Source: Candidatus Uhrbacteria bacterium (lineage in GTDB: Bacteria; Patescibacteriota; Patescibacteriia; UBA9934; GWF2-40-263). Taken from it: a DNA stretch of 64,000 bases. Position 1 is the first letter of the stretch, and each line of letters starts with the position of its first letter. The stretch lies in the NCBI GenBank assembly GCA_016188495.1, contig JACPHU010000006.1, positions 1,857 to 65,856 on the forward strand, written 5' to 3'. Positions 11,457-20,259 of this stretch are shown here, piece by piece. Under the pieces are notes generated by a model. It ran no database searches. It was not told the origin of the DNA and worked only from the letters and a program-made list of their open reading frames with translations. Made by a program: the position numbers and the translations under genes.

Positions 11457-11532
11457 GCGGGTGTCGTATAGTGGCTCATTATGTCAGCCTTCCAAGCTGA
11501 AGAGGAGGGTTCGATTCCCTTCACCCGCTCCA
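11457..11532 (+). tRNA. tRNA-Gly (anticodon TCC)
   Basis: The cloverleaf folds by hand: acceptor GCGGGTG/CACCCGC, anticodon loop CTTCCAA, T-loop GGTTCGATTCC, then discriminator T and CCA. Confidence 0.85.
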
Positions 11533-11534
11533 AC

Positions 11535-11563
11535 AAAAAACTGATGAAATTCATCAGTTTTTT
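11535..11563. terminator. bidirectional intrinsic terminator
   Basis: A perfect hairpin ctgatgaa/ttcatcag is flanked by an A6 and a T6 run. It terminates tRNA-Gly (+) and the kinase gene (-). Confidence 0.8.
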
Positions 11564-11575
11564 GTTGGAGTATTT

Positions 11576-13849
11576 TTATGAGATCAATTTTTGTGTGCCT
11601 ATTTTCGCCGCCATGCCTTCAGACGGGATACTGACGACAAACGTGGATCCTTCTCCTATTTTGGAGTTGAAGCGAATAGTGCCTCCGGTATGGTTTAAGA
11701 TGGATTTGACGAGATAGAGTCCAAGGCCTGTACCATCCACATCTATTTCTTTGGCATTATCCGCTCGGAAGAGTTTTTTAAAAATATGTTCCTGTTGCAT
11801 TTTGGGAATCCCTATTCCCGTATCTGTGACGCGAATAAAAAAGTCTTTTTCGTCTTTTCGAATTTCACATTCTATTTTTCCATCGTGAGGGGTATATTTT
11901 ACAGCATTCGAGAGGAGGTTTTGGAAGATGATCATCGTGAGTTTCGGATCAACAGAGACCAAAGGGATGGTTTCATCAAACATGGTTTGTATGACCAGAT
12001 GCTTTTCTTTGATGATTGGATCGAGTTCTTGAAGAATGGTCTGTGCTATGGAATTAAGATTCGTTGGCTGCGGTTCAACCGTAAAGGTTCCTAATTCAAT
12101 TTTTGATACGTCCAGAAGAGCATTGATGAGCAAGGTCATTCGTTGGGTGCTCGCGTAGATTTCTTGGATGGTTGTTTTTTGTTCTTCTCCCAAATTTCCT
12201 TTATCACCTGCAAGAAGCATTTCCGCATTCCATTTGATAGAAGTAAGAGGTGTGCGCATTTGATGGCTGGCTAAAGAGACAAATTGCGATTTTGCGCGAT
12301 CTATCTCATCTTCCTTTGTGATATCCATACATATTCCAAACATTTTTAGAGCCTCCCTTTGTTCGTTGCGTTGAATATGTCCTATGGCCCGTATCGTGAC
12401 CGTTTCTTGGTTTCGAAGGATTCTAAATTTTATATCCATTTTTTTTTGCGGTTGTTCTATCGCGTCTTGGACTTGATGCACCAGACGATCGCGATCATCC
12501 GGATGCAGGATAGAGATCCAAGTTTGAAAAACCCCTTTCTCTCCCTTTTTTAAGTCTATGCCAAAAAGTTCTTCCAATAAATTGTCGTTTAAGAGAGTGT
12601 CTGTCAGCACATTCCATTCCCATGTCGCGATATTGGCTGACGTTGTCGCTAAAATAAAATGCTCATTGAGCTCTTCAAATTTGTTCTGCTGGTATTTGAT
12701 TTCCGTTATATCTTCTTCTGAAGCAATAAACCCGATCATATTTTGGTTTTCGTCAAAGATCGGACTATTGTGCACGATCGCGTAATAGATTTCACCGTTT
12801 TTTTTTCGATTGGTGATTTCTGTCGTGCTTGGGATGCCGCCGGTTTTCATGCGCCAAAAATTTTCATAGAATTCAACAGGCATGAGTCCGCCCCAGAGCC
12901 TGGGTGTATTGCCGATCATTTCATCTAACGTAAATCCTGTAATCTTTTCGGCCGCCTTATTGGCATAGTAGATCGTTCCATGTATGTCCGTGATCATGGT
13001 ATGGCTGCTTGAACTATCCAACGCTGTTCGAAAAATATCATTTTCTGTCATGGGCAGCGTCTTTTTTTGCGCGTCGTCGTTTTTAGTGAGAGCTTTAAAA
13101 AAATCCGCATTTTTTATGGAAGGATAATGTTCTTCAAAAACGCATTGCGAAGGATTGATGTGATGTTGCATCAGTATGCGATAGGCGTGGTCGATGAATT
13201 TTTGCGGTCCGCTTATGAGAAAGAGGGAATGGGCAAGATTATGTATCTGTGAAAGATCTGAGAATTGGAATAAACTAGTAGAGACTGATGCGGTATTTCC
13301 TTTTTGATTGAAAAGTTCTATTTCTTCTTCGTAAGGGGTCCGGTTTTTATTACGGTCGTAATGATAGAAATGGATCGGTTCAGCATAGGTTGAAAGGGCG
13401 CGCGTGCGCATGATGCATAGGAAAGGCGCCATCGCCACGCCTCCGGAAAGAAGGACGAGAGGATATTGGAATTCTTTTTTAAGTTGGAAGGAAATTCCAA
13501 ATGGACCGATAATCGTGACAGGGCTTTCTGGAGCAAGAGCAAGAAGCGTCTGTTTAAATCCACTCTCGCTTTTTCGGAAAAGAATTTGAATCGTTGTTTG
13601 TCCGATTTTAGGAGGATTGATGATAGAAAAAGCGCGACGGGATCCTTTTGGATCGGGAGCTATCAAACGAGGAAGATCCAACCACACGTATTGTCCAGCC
13701 AGATAGCTTATCGGATGTTCTAATTTGAACGTCGCTTCAAACGTATCCTCGGCCACTTCGATGCATTTTTTGAATCGGGCCGCAACATGTCTGTTGTCGT
13801 GCGTAAGCGTTATCATAAAAAGAAAATAAAAATCCATTATTGTATCCAC
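11576..13849 (-). CDS. Cytoplasmic hybrid sensor histidine kinase: N-terminal FNR-like FAD/NAD(P)-binding oxidoreductase module, two PAS domains, HisKA and HATPase_c
   Basis: FNR-like motifs are AGQYVWLDL, RRAFSIINPP and LLSGGVAMAPF. Two PAS segments follow. The H-box is SHQMRTPLTSIKWNAEMLL and the G-boxes are DTGIGIP...GTGLGLYLV. No TM segment is present. The first codon is GTG, with an in-frame ATG at 13837. Confidence 0.85.
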   Translation of the reverse strand: MDTIMDFYFLFMITLTHDNRHVAARFKKCIEVAEDTFEATFKLEHPISYLAGQYVWLDLPRLIAPDPKGSRRAFSIINPPKIGQTTIQILFRKSESGFKQTLLALAPESPVTIIGPFGISFQLKKEFQYPLVLLSGGVAMAPFLCIMRTRALSTYAEPIHFYHYDRNKNRTPYEEEIELFNQKGNTASVSTSLFQFSDLSQIHNLAHSLFLISGPQKFIDHAYRILMQHHINPSQCVFEEHYPSIKNADFFKALTKNDDAQKKTLPMTENDIFRTALDSSSSHTMITDIHGTIYYANKAAEKITGFTLDEMIGNTPRLWGGLMPVEFYENFWRMKTGGIPSTTEITNRKKNGEIYYAIVHNSPIFDENQNMIGFIASEEDITEIKYQQNKFEELNEHFILATTSANIATWEWNVLTDTLLNDNLLEELFGIDLKKGEKGVFQTWISILHPDDRDRLVHQVQDAIEQPQKKMDIKFRILRNQETVTIRAIGHIQRNEQREALKMFGICMDITKEDEIDRAKSQFVSLASHQMRTPLTSIKWNAEMLLAGDKGNLGEEQKTTIQEIYASTQRMTLLINALLDVSKIELGTFTVEPQPTNLNSIAQTILQELDPIIKEKHLVIQTMFDETIPLVSVDPKLTMIIFQNLLSNAVKYTPHDGKIECEIRKDEKDFFIRVTDTGIGIPKMQQEHIFKKLFRADNAKEIDVDGTGLGLYLVKSILNHTGGTIRFNSKIGEGSTFVVSIPSEGMAAKIGTQKLIS

Positions 13850-13882
13850 TATAGCATTTTTATTTTTAACTCATCAGTTTTT

Positions 13883-14263
13883 ATGTCTCAACATTCGCTG
13901 CTGCTCCTTATTGAAGATGATTCTTTTATTCTTCAAATTTATAAAACGAAATTAGCCAAAGAGTCGTTTCAGGTATTGGTGGCCAAAGACGGGAAGGAAG
14001 CAATGACTATTCTTAAGGATCAAACGCCTTCTTTGGTGTTGCTTGATCTTATTATGCCGAACATGGACGGATTTGAAGTGCTGCAGAGAATGAAGCAAGA
14101 TGATCGGCTCAAGCATATTCCCGTCATCGTGTTATCTAATCTTAGTCAGGAGTCTGATAAGAAACGCGTTATGGATTTAGGGGCAAAAGCATTTCTTGTG
14201 AAATCGGACACAACGCTCGCTTCCATTGTCGATTTGATTAATGAATTCACGAAACCCACCTAG
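13883..14263 (+). CDS. single-domain response regulator (CheY-like receiver, no output domain)
   Basis: Receiver motifs are present: LLLIEDD, LVLLDLIMPNMDGFEVL and the conserved Lys region VLSNLS. It is divergent from the kinase gene. The start at ATG 13883 avoids overlap with the kinase ORF. Confidence 0.85.
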   Translation: MSQHSLLLLIEDDSFILQIYKTKLAKESFQVLVAKDGKEAMTILKDQTPSLVLLDLIMPNMDGFEVLQRMKQDDRLKHIPVIVLSNLSQESDKKRVMDLGAKAFLVKSDTTLASIVDLINEFTKPT

Positions 14264-14292
14264 TTTTTTTGAAGTTTTTTGATTTTGGTCCC

Positions 14293-14328
14293 AAAAAAAC
14301 TGATGGAATGTATTCCATCAGTTTTTTT
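14293..14328 (+). terminator. intrinsic terminator
   Basis: An A7 run precedes the hairpin ctgatggaatg/cattccatcag, and a T7 run follows it. Confidence 0.8.
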
Positions 14329-14406
14329 GTTTGTCTATTTTTTGAGAATACTAGGTTCTAGAATCTAGAGTCTAGTAACTAGATTCTAGTCCCGCCTTTG
14401 GCGGGC

Positions 14407-14484
14407 TGGTCGGGATGACAGGGCTCGAACCTGCGGCCTCTTGGTCCCAAACCAAGCGCTCTAAGCCTACTGAGCTACATCCCG
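14407..14484 (-). tRNA. tRNA-Pro (anticodon TGG)
   Basis: The reverse complement reads CGGGATGTAGCTCAGTAGG...CTTGGTTTGGGACCAAG...GGTTCGAGCCC...CATCCCGACCA. The acceptor stem is 7 bp, the anticodon loop is TTTGGGA, and the 3' end is CCA. Confidence 0.85.
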
Positions 14485-14491
14485 ATTCGTG

Positions 14492-14615
14492 GCTATCCTC
14501 AAATTCGCGATCTTGCCTTTCACGGGCGCCCAGGCACCCCGGAAGTCGTACGTTTGGGTACGTCTTCCGGGGCTGCCAGCCCGTTCAAGGCAATCTCATC
14601 GAATTGGAGAATAGC
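14492..14615. repeat. MITE-like element (family B, copy 2) abutting the tRNA-Pro 5' end
   Basis: The TIRs are imperfect: gctatcctcaaattcg versus cgaattggagaatagc (2 mismatches). The shell is the same as copy 1 (cgcgatcttgcctttcacgggcgcc ... gttcaaggcaatctcatcga). The inner hairpin differs (ccccggaagtcgtac/gtacgtcttccgggg). Confidence 0.7.
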
Positions 14616-14711
14616 CCACATGCGGGACGACTATAACAAGATTTTCTTTTTTGAGCAAGCCCAAGCGTCATTTTTGGGGGATTCTGGAAAGAGAGTATAA
14701 TTGATTCCAAT

Positions 14712-16544
14712 ATGGCAAGTCGGAGGATTCGATTTAAATTGATCGCGACATTCTTTTTTATTTCTCTTTTCTCTGTTTCCATTATTGGTATTTTAGTTTT
14801 TTTTGCCGATCGATCCAGTTTGTTATCCGAAACAGAAGTCTCTTTGCAGGTTATTGCCAATACCCAATCTCAGGACATTCAACATTTTTTTTCTCAGCTT
14901 GAAACACGGGCGATCGATTTTTCTTCGGATGGATTTATCCGAGAGTCGACAAAGACTCTGACTCAGGAATCAAATGAAAAGGTAAAGGAAGAATTGGTCC
15001 AACATTTACGCAATAATAAGTTGCCTCTGGATGCTTCTCTTTTTGTTATCGAAGTGTTTGATTTAAAAGGTTCTTTGCTTGCGACGACCGGATCTTATCA
15101 GGCAGCTTCTTTTGATGTTTCCAAACAGATACTTGAAAATCTTTCTCCGGACACGGCTGTTCTTTCCCCTTATCTTACACACGAATCTCCTCGGGGTCTC
15201 CAGAAGGTTCTTGTCGCTCTGGCGCCTATTGTCGATAAAGAAACAAATCAACGATTGGGGTATATTGCCAATCATTATTTTTTAGATTCCCTTACAGACA
15301 TTTTAAGGATGAAAAAAACGAATCCTTCCTTCGATCAATTACTTGGTTGGAAAACATTGGAATCCAATCTCGTGTCTTCAGGGGATGTGTTGATTGCCGT
15401 TTCCGATCCTGAAGACGAAAATTTTTTAAACAAAACAACAGACTTGCACGTCTTCGGAACGGTCTGCGGCAACACTGCCTCAGTACGCCAGTATATCAGT
15501 CATAATGGAAAGGAAGCGACCGGTATTGCCCATTGCGTAAATGCGAAAAACTACCTCATTGTCGAAGTTGAATCTCAAGAAATTTTTACGCGTTTGTTCG
15601 AGACGGTCAGAAACATGGTTGCCGTAGCCATAGTAACCGTTGTTCTTATGACGGTTCTGTCACTTTTTCCTGTTCGTAAGATCATCTATCCGTTGGAAGA
15701 ACTCCGCGGAGCCGTAAGGTATTTCGGGGAAGGGAAGGGATTGAGGAGTTTCGTTTATGATAAAAAAGATGAAATTGGAGAATTGTTCCAATCATTCAAA
15801 CAGATGACAGAGAATATTCAGATGGTTGAACAGCGACGTCGGGATTTTATTTCCATTGTTTCGCATCAGATGCGCACGCCATTGACGAGTATTCGTCTGT
15901 ATATGGAATTGTTGAGGAATTCTTTGAAACGGCCAAAGGTCGTCCAGAAAGAATTTATGGATAGTATCGACATTTCGGTCGATCAGATGACGCATCTGAT
16001 TAGTGATTTATTAAACGTATCGCGTATTGAAGCTGGAAAACTCCGTATCCATCCAGTTCTCGTAGACCTCTCCGAGATCATTGGACAGGTTCTTGAGGAG
16101 ATCTCTCCGTTGGCGCAACAAAGTCGCTGTACGATACATGTTACTTCAAAAAATCCTCTTGCTTCTGTGGTTCTTGATCGAGATTTTTTTCATCAAATTT
16201 TGCGTAATTTAATCGTTAACGCCATCAAATATAGTCGTGAAGATGTCTGTGAAGTTTCACTATTTGTCGATGAAATAAAAGAAAATAAACGTTCTTTCTT
16301 AAGGATTCGAGTTCAAGATGCAGGAATCGGCATTAAGCGCGAAGATCAAGCTCATATTTTTGAAAAATTTTTTCGTTCGGAAACGGCGAGGAAACGGAAC
16401 ACGGAAGGAACGGGTTTGGGGTTGTATGTGGCGAAAATGATCCTGGATCAGACAGGAGGTTTCATTTCATTTAAATCGGAGGAGGGAATCGGAACGGTGT
16501 TTACAGTCCTGATTCCAAAGACCGGCATGTCTTCTCAAAAATAG
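14712..16544 (+). CDS. membrane sensor histidine kinase (two TM helices, extracytoplasmic sensor domain, HAMP, HisKA, HATPase_c)
   Basis: TM1 is IATFFFISLFSVSIIGILVFF and TM2 is VAVAIVTVVLMTVLSLF. The H-box is SHQMRTPLTSIRLYMELL. The ATP-lid is DAGIGIK...GTGLGLYVA. Confidence 0.9.
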   Translation: MASRRIRFKLIATFFFISLFSVSIIGILVFFADRSSLLSETEVSLQVIANTQSQDIQHFFSQLETRAIDFSSDGFIRESTKTLTQESNEKVKEELVQHLRNNKLPLDASLFVIEVFDLKGSLLATTGSYQAASFDVSKQILENLSPDTAVLSPYLTHESPRGLQKVLVALAPIVDKETNQRLGYIANHYFLDSLTDILRMKKTNPSFDQLLGWKTLESNLVSSGDVLIAVSDPEDENFLNKTTDLHVFGTVCGNTASVRQYISHNGKEATGIAHCVNAKNYLIVEVESQEIFTRLFETVRNMVAVAIVTVVLMTVLSLFPVRKIIYPLEELRGAVRYFGEGKGLRSFVYDKKDEIGELFQSFKQMTENIQMVEQRRRDFISIVSHQMRTPLTSIRLYMELLRNSLKRPKVVQKEFMDSIDISVDQMTHLISDLLNVSRIEAGKLRIHPVLVDLSEIIGQVLEEISPLAQQSRCTIHVTSKNPLASVVLDRDFFHQILRNLIVNAIKYSREDVCEVSLFVDEIKENKRSFLRIRVQDAGIGIKREDQAHIFEKFFRSETARKRNTEGTGLGLYVAKMILDQTGGFISFKSEEGIGTVFTVLIPKTGMSSQK

Positions 16545-16622
16545 GACTTTCTCACTTGGTGCATAGCTTTGCCTGCCTACCGGCAGGTAGGCAGGCGCTC
16601 TGCATCCAATTGAGAAAGTCCT
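16543..16622. promoter_or_regulatory. nested palindrome between the kinase and regulator genes (17-bp outer stem plus GC-rich inner hairpin)
   Basis: The outer arms are aggactttctcacttgg and ccaattgagaaagtcct (1 mismatch). The inner hairpin is gcctgcctacc ggc aggtaggcaggc. It overlaps the kinase stop codon. Confidence 0.5.
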
Positions 16623-16640
16623 AAAGAATAAAATTTTTTT

Positions 16641-17036
16641 ATGAAACAGCAACGTCTTTTACTCGTGGAAGATGAAAAGTTGATCGCTCGCGCGTATCAG
16701 CTCGCTTTGGAAAAAGAAGGATACCTCGTAGATCTTGTCTATGACGGCCAACAGGCTCTTTCGGCCATGGATACATGCACCTATGATCTGATTCTTTTGG
16801 ATCTCATTCTTCCTCACATCGACGGATTCGAGCTGATGCAGCGAAAGAATACGCAAGGAGCCTGTAAGAACACACCAATCATCGTTCTTTCAAATCTCGG
16901 ACAAGAAACGGATATTGCCAAAGCGAAAGAGCTTGGTGCTGTTAATTATTTGGTAAAAGCAGATCATTCATTGAATGATGTTCTTCGGATCGTGAAGCGT
17001 ACGCTAGAAAAACATCAAGACCGTGGAAACGAATGA
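16641..17036 (+). CDS. single-domain response regulator (CheY-like receiver)
   Basis: Receiver motifs are LLLVEDEKLIARAY, ILLDLILPHIDGFELM and IIVLSNLGQETD. Its stop overlaps the pilB start (ATGA). Confidence 0.85.
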   Translation: MKQQRLLLVEDEKLIARAYQLALEKEGYLVDLVYDGQQALSAMDTCTYDLILLDLILPHIDGFELMQRKNTQGACKNTPIIVLSNLGQETDIAKAKELGAVNYLVKADHSLNDVLRIVKRTLEKHQDRGNE

Positions 17037-18742
17037 ATGCATCTATGACACTCACTTACCAAGCATTACAAGAGATTTTTGTGGATTCAGGAGCTGTTTC
17101 CCAAGAACAGTTCAATACATTACAAGCCACGAAAGAGGCGAAGGAATTGGGTTTAGAGAGAGTTCTTGTTTCTCGCGGATTTTTATCAGAAAAGGAAGTG
17201 GGACAGCTGATGAGTTTTTGGTATCGCGTGCCCTTTGTCGAACTTTCGAAAAAAGACATTCGTCCTCAAGACGTTGTGCTTTTGCCTGAAGCGTTTGCTC
17301 GCGCGCATCATGTGCTGGTGATCAGCCAGCAACCGGAACGAGTGATCGTGGCAAGTTCCACGCCGAAAGATACCGTATTACGCTCATCCTTAGAGAAATA
17401 TTTTCGTACAGAGGTTCAATTCCAGTATGCGACAGAACACGATCTGCGCCAGCATTTTTTCTTGTACCAAGAAGATCCCGATATCCGTATCCAATCCATT
17501 TTAAAAAGAAGTCCTGTCCCCCAAGAGCAGACGGATACGCGGGTGATCGATCTGATCGATGCGATTATCGATATGGGTTATCAACGCGGCGTTTCAGATA
17601 TCCATCTGGAACCAGAAGAAGCTTATCTGGTCATTCGGTATCGTCAGGACGGACTTCTTCATGATGTTGCCCGCATTCCAGAAGCCTTTCACGAGCGGAT
17701 CATGGCTCGATTAAAAGTCCTTTCGCGCTTGGCAACCGATGAGCATCGCAAAGCGCAGGACGGAAAGATTTCCCATAAAACCCCTTGGGGAAGCGATGTG
17801 GAAATTCGCTTGTCTATTCTTCCTACTACACAAAAGGAGAAGGCCGTTATGCGTCTGCTCTCTGAGCAGGCACAGGCGTATTCGCTGGTTGAGCTAGGTT
17901 TGCAAACGGGTGATTATCAGAAAATAGCAGATGCAATGGAGAAACCATGGGGAATGATTCTGGCAACCGGTCCCACGGGATGCGGAAAGACCACCACGCT
18001 TTATGCCATGCTTCAGGTGCTCAATCGACGGGAAGTCAATATCACCACCATCGAAGATCCGGTGGAGGTCGATCTGGAGGGAATCAATCAGATTCAAGTG
18101 GATGAAAAGACCGGACTCACCTTTGCAAAAGGATTGCGTTCTATCGTGCGGCAGGATCCGGATATCATCATGGTGGGAGAGATCCGGGACAGCGAAACGG
18201 CTAGTATCGCGATCAACGCGGCGATGACAGGACATCTGGTTCTTTCGACCCTCCATACCAATGACGCGGCAACGGCGTTCGTACGACTATTAGACATGGG
18301 AATCGAACCGTTCCTTCTCTCTTCGACCGTCAATGTTGTGGTCGCTCAGCGTTTGGTACGCAAAGTCTGTATGAATTGCATCGAATCCGTGACGTTTAAT
18401 GGGACCCAGAAAAAACTATTAGAAAAGACTCCCCAAATCCAGCCTCTGCTTCTTCGGCTTGCCCAGAAGGCAACCGTACGCGGGTTGAGGGTGTTTCACG
18501 GAAAAGGATGTAAGGTATGCCACGGGAGCGGATATAAGGGACGCATAGGGGTTTTTGAAACATTGGTTGTGACAGATGAAATCCGTGAAGCGGTGATGAC
18601 GAAAAAACACGCAGACGAAATTGAGCAAATAGCCATCAGAGAAGGGATGGATTCCATGCTTACGGATGGTTTGCGCAAAGCCTTATTAGGACAAACAACG
18701 CTTGAGGAGGTTTTACGTGTGGTTTATGAAGAAGTTTTATGA
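17033..18742 (+). CDS. pilB: type IV pilus assembly ATPase PilB/GspE family
   Basis: Walker A is GPTGCGKTTTLYAML. An Asp box, Walker B (IIMVGEIRD), a His box and a C-terminal tetracysteine motif (CMNC...CKVCHGSG) are present. Confidence 0.9.
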   Translation: MNASMTLTYQALQEIFVDSGAVSQEQFNTLQATKEAKELGLERVLVSRGFLSEKEVGQLMSFWYRVPFVELSKKDIRPQDVVLLPEAFARAHHVLVISQQPERVIVASSTPKDTVLRSSLEKYFRTEVQFQYATEHDLRQHFFLYQEDPDIRIQSILKRSPVPQEQTDTRVIDLIDAIIDMGYQRGVSDIHLEPEEAYLVIRYRQDGLLHDVARIPEAFHERIMARLKVLSRLATDEHRKAQDGKISHKTPWGSDVEIRLSILPTTQKEKAVMRLLSEQAQAYSLVELGLQTGDYQKIADAMEKPWGMILATGPTGCGKTTTLYAMLQVLNRREVNITTIEDPVEVDLEGINQIQVDEKTGLTFAKGLRSIVRQDPDIIMVGEIRDSETASIAINAAMTGHLVLSTLHTNDAATAFVRLLDMGIEPFLLSSTVNVVVAQRLVRKVCMNCIESVTFNGTQKKLLEKTPQIQPLLLRLAQKATVRGLRVFHGKGCKVCHGSGYKGRIGVFETLVVTDEIREAVMTKKHADEIEQIAIREGMDSMLTDGLRKALLGQTTLEEVLRVVYEEVL

Positions 18743-19825
18743 AAAAACATGATCAACCTTGGTATAAACGCCAGATCGATTTGTTTCCGGTGCCGCAGAC
18801 GCAGATCGTTTCCTTGGTAAAAAATTTTTCTATTATGCTCGAGGCGGGAATTGCTGTGCCGGAAGCGATTGAGGTTCTCGTTGACCAGTCGTCTGGTACG
18901 CTCAAGAGCGTCATGAAAACGGTTTCTGTGCGGCTTTCGTCAGGAGAGCGTCTTTGGGAGGCATTTTCTCATGCGCAACGAGTTTTTTCTCCGATTTTTT
19001 TAAGCGCGGTACAGGCAGGAGAGGCTTCTGGAACGCTCGCGGGAAATCTGTCTCATGTTGCCGCGCAGATGGAACAAGACTCGTCTCTTAGGCGTTCTAT
19101 TGAAGGGGCTCTTTTGTATCCCGGCGTCGTGGTGTCCGCCACGCTTATTCTCGGATTATTATTGGCAACATTCGTTTTGCCCGAACTCGCTTCCGTTTTC
19201 GCTTCGTTGAATATGCCCCTTCCTTGGAGCACAAAAACGCTTCTGTGGCTTGCCGGCATGTTTGCCCAAGACGGCTATTGGCTGACTCCGCTGCTTATTT
19301 TTTCTCTCTTCGGTTTGGTTGTTTTATGGCGCCAGCGCTTTTTGTCGCCTGTTACAGATGTTATCATTTTGCGTTTACCGGGATTAGGTCTTTTTTTTTC
19401 ACAATATCGCTCGGGCGCATTTTTGCCGAGGCATGGGCACGTTGCTTGAATCCGGAATTCCACTACAAGAAGCATTGCAGATTCAGGTCCAATCGATAGA
19501 GAATCATGCCTATCAACGGTCAGTGCTATCGATGGTTGACCAGGTTGCCTCCGGAGAAGGATTCGCGCAAGCGCTCGCCCGATATCCCCGTCTTTTTCCT
19601 CTTTTGATCCAGCGGATGGTTTTTGTCGGAGAACATTCAGGCAGACTCGACCAGCTCTTCTTTTTTCTCGCCCGATTTTATGAAGAAGATGTATCGTTGC
19701 GGGCAAAAAATCTTTCTTCGGTTATTGAGCCTCTCTTGCTAATGGTGATCGGTCTTGGGGTCGCGTTTGTCGCTTTTTCTATTTTTACGCCTATTTATTC
19801 CATTACCAGCGGTCTGGGCTTATGA
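18739..19825 (+). CDS. pilC: type IV pilus platform protein PilC/GspF, interrupted by a +1 frameshift inside a T9 homopolymer (19391-19399)
   Basis: The ORF-track pieces 18739-19449 and 19433-19825 are consecutive GspF domains. The upstream frame reads LPGLGLFF. The downstream frame, read back from 19433, gives FFFHNIARAHFCRGMGTLLESGIPLQEALQI. Joined, they give a canonical PilC junction. Confidence 0.8.
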
Positions 19826-20259
19826 GAGCTCAAGGAGGATTTACCATGATCGAACTTCTGATGAGTCTGGCGATCGCAGGCATTGTTTTGGCAGTTTCGC
19901 CTCTGACGTTTGGTTCTTTTCAGGAACAACACCAGATAGAGTTCGCTGTGCAGGCAAGCGCACAGGCATTGAGAAGAGCTCAGATACAGGCTCAAGCAGT
20001 GGCAAACGACCAAACATGGGGAGTCTTTTTTCAAAATGGAAGTGTGACGATTTTTCAGGGTTCAAGCTATGCAGCGCGCAACAGCGCTTTTGATGAGGAT
20101 CAACAGATTGCGCCGGAGGTGACCCTGGGAGGTGTTGCGGAGGTAGTCTACAGTAAACTGACCGGCGAACCTCAAACAACAGGAGTCATCACATTTGAAA
20201 CCCTGCATGAAACACGAACGTTGACGCTCCTTGAAAAAGGGGCTTTATCCTATGACTAA
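19822..20259 (+). CDS. prepilin-type minor pilin/pseudopilin (N-terminal methylation motif)
   Basis: The leader plus hydrophobic helix reads GGFTMIELLMSLAIAGIVLAV, with Gly-1, Phe+1 and Glu+5. Confidence 0.75.
   Translation: MRAQGGFTMIELLMSLAIAGIVLAVSPLTFGSFQEQHQIEFAVQASAQALRRAQIQAQAVANDQTWGVFFQNGSVTIFQGSSYAARNSAFDEDQQIAPEVTLGGVAEVVYSKLTGEPQTTGVITFETLHETRTLTLLEKGALSYD

Noticed and set aside
10976-11554. 192-aa minus-strand ORF
   Set aside because: It runs antisense across ruvC, the structured RNA candidate and tRNA-Gly. No independent support.
13787-13882. Longer N-terminus of the response regulator (ORF-track start 13787)
   Set aside because: It would overlap the divergent kinase gene by 63 nt and adds a non-receiver hydrophobic stretch. 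The ATG at 13883 begins exactly at the receiver domain.
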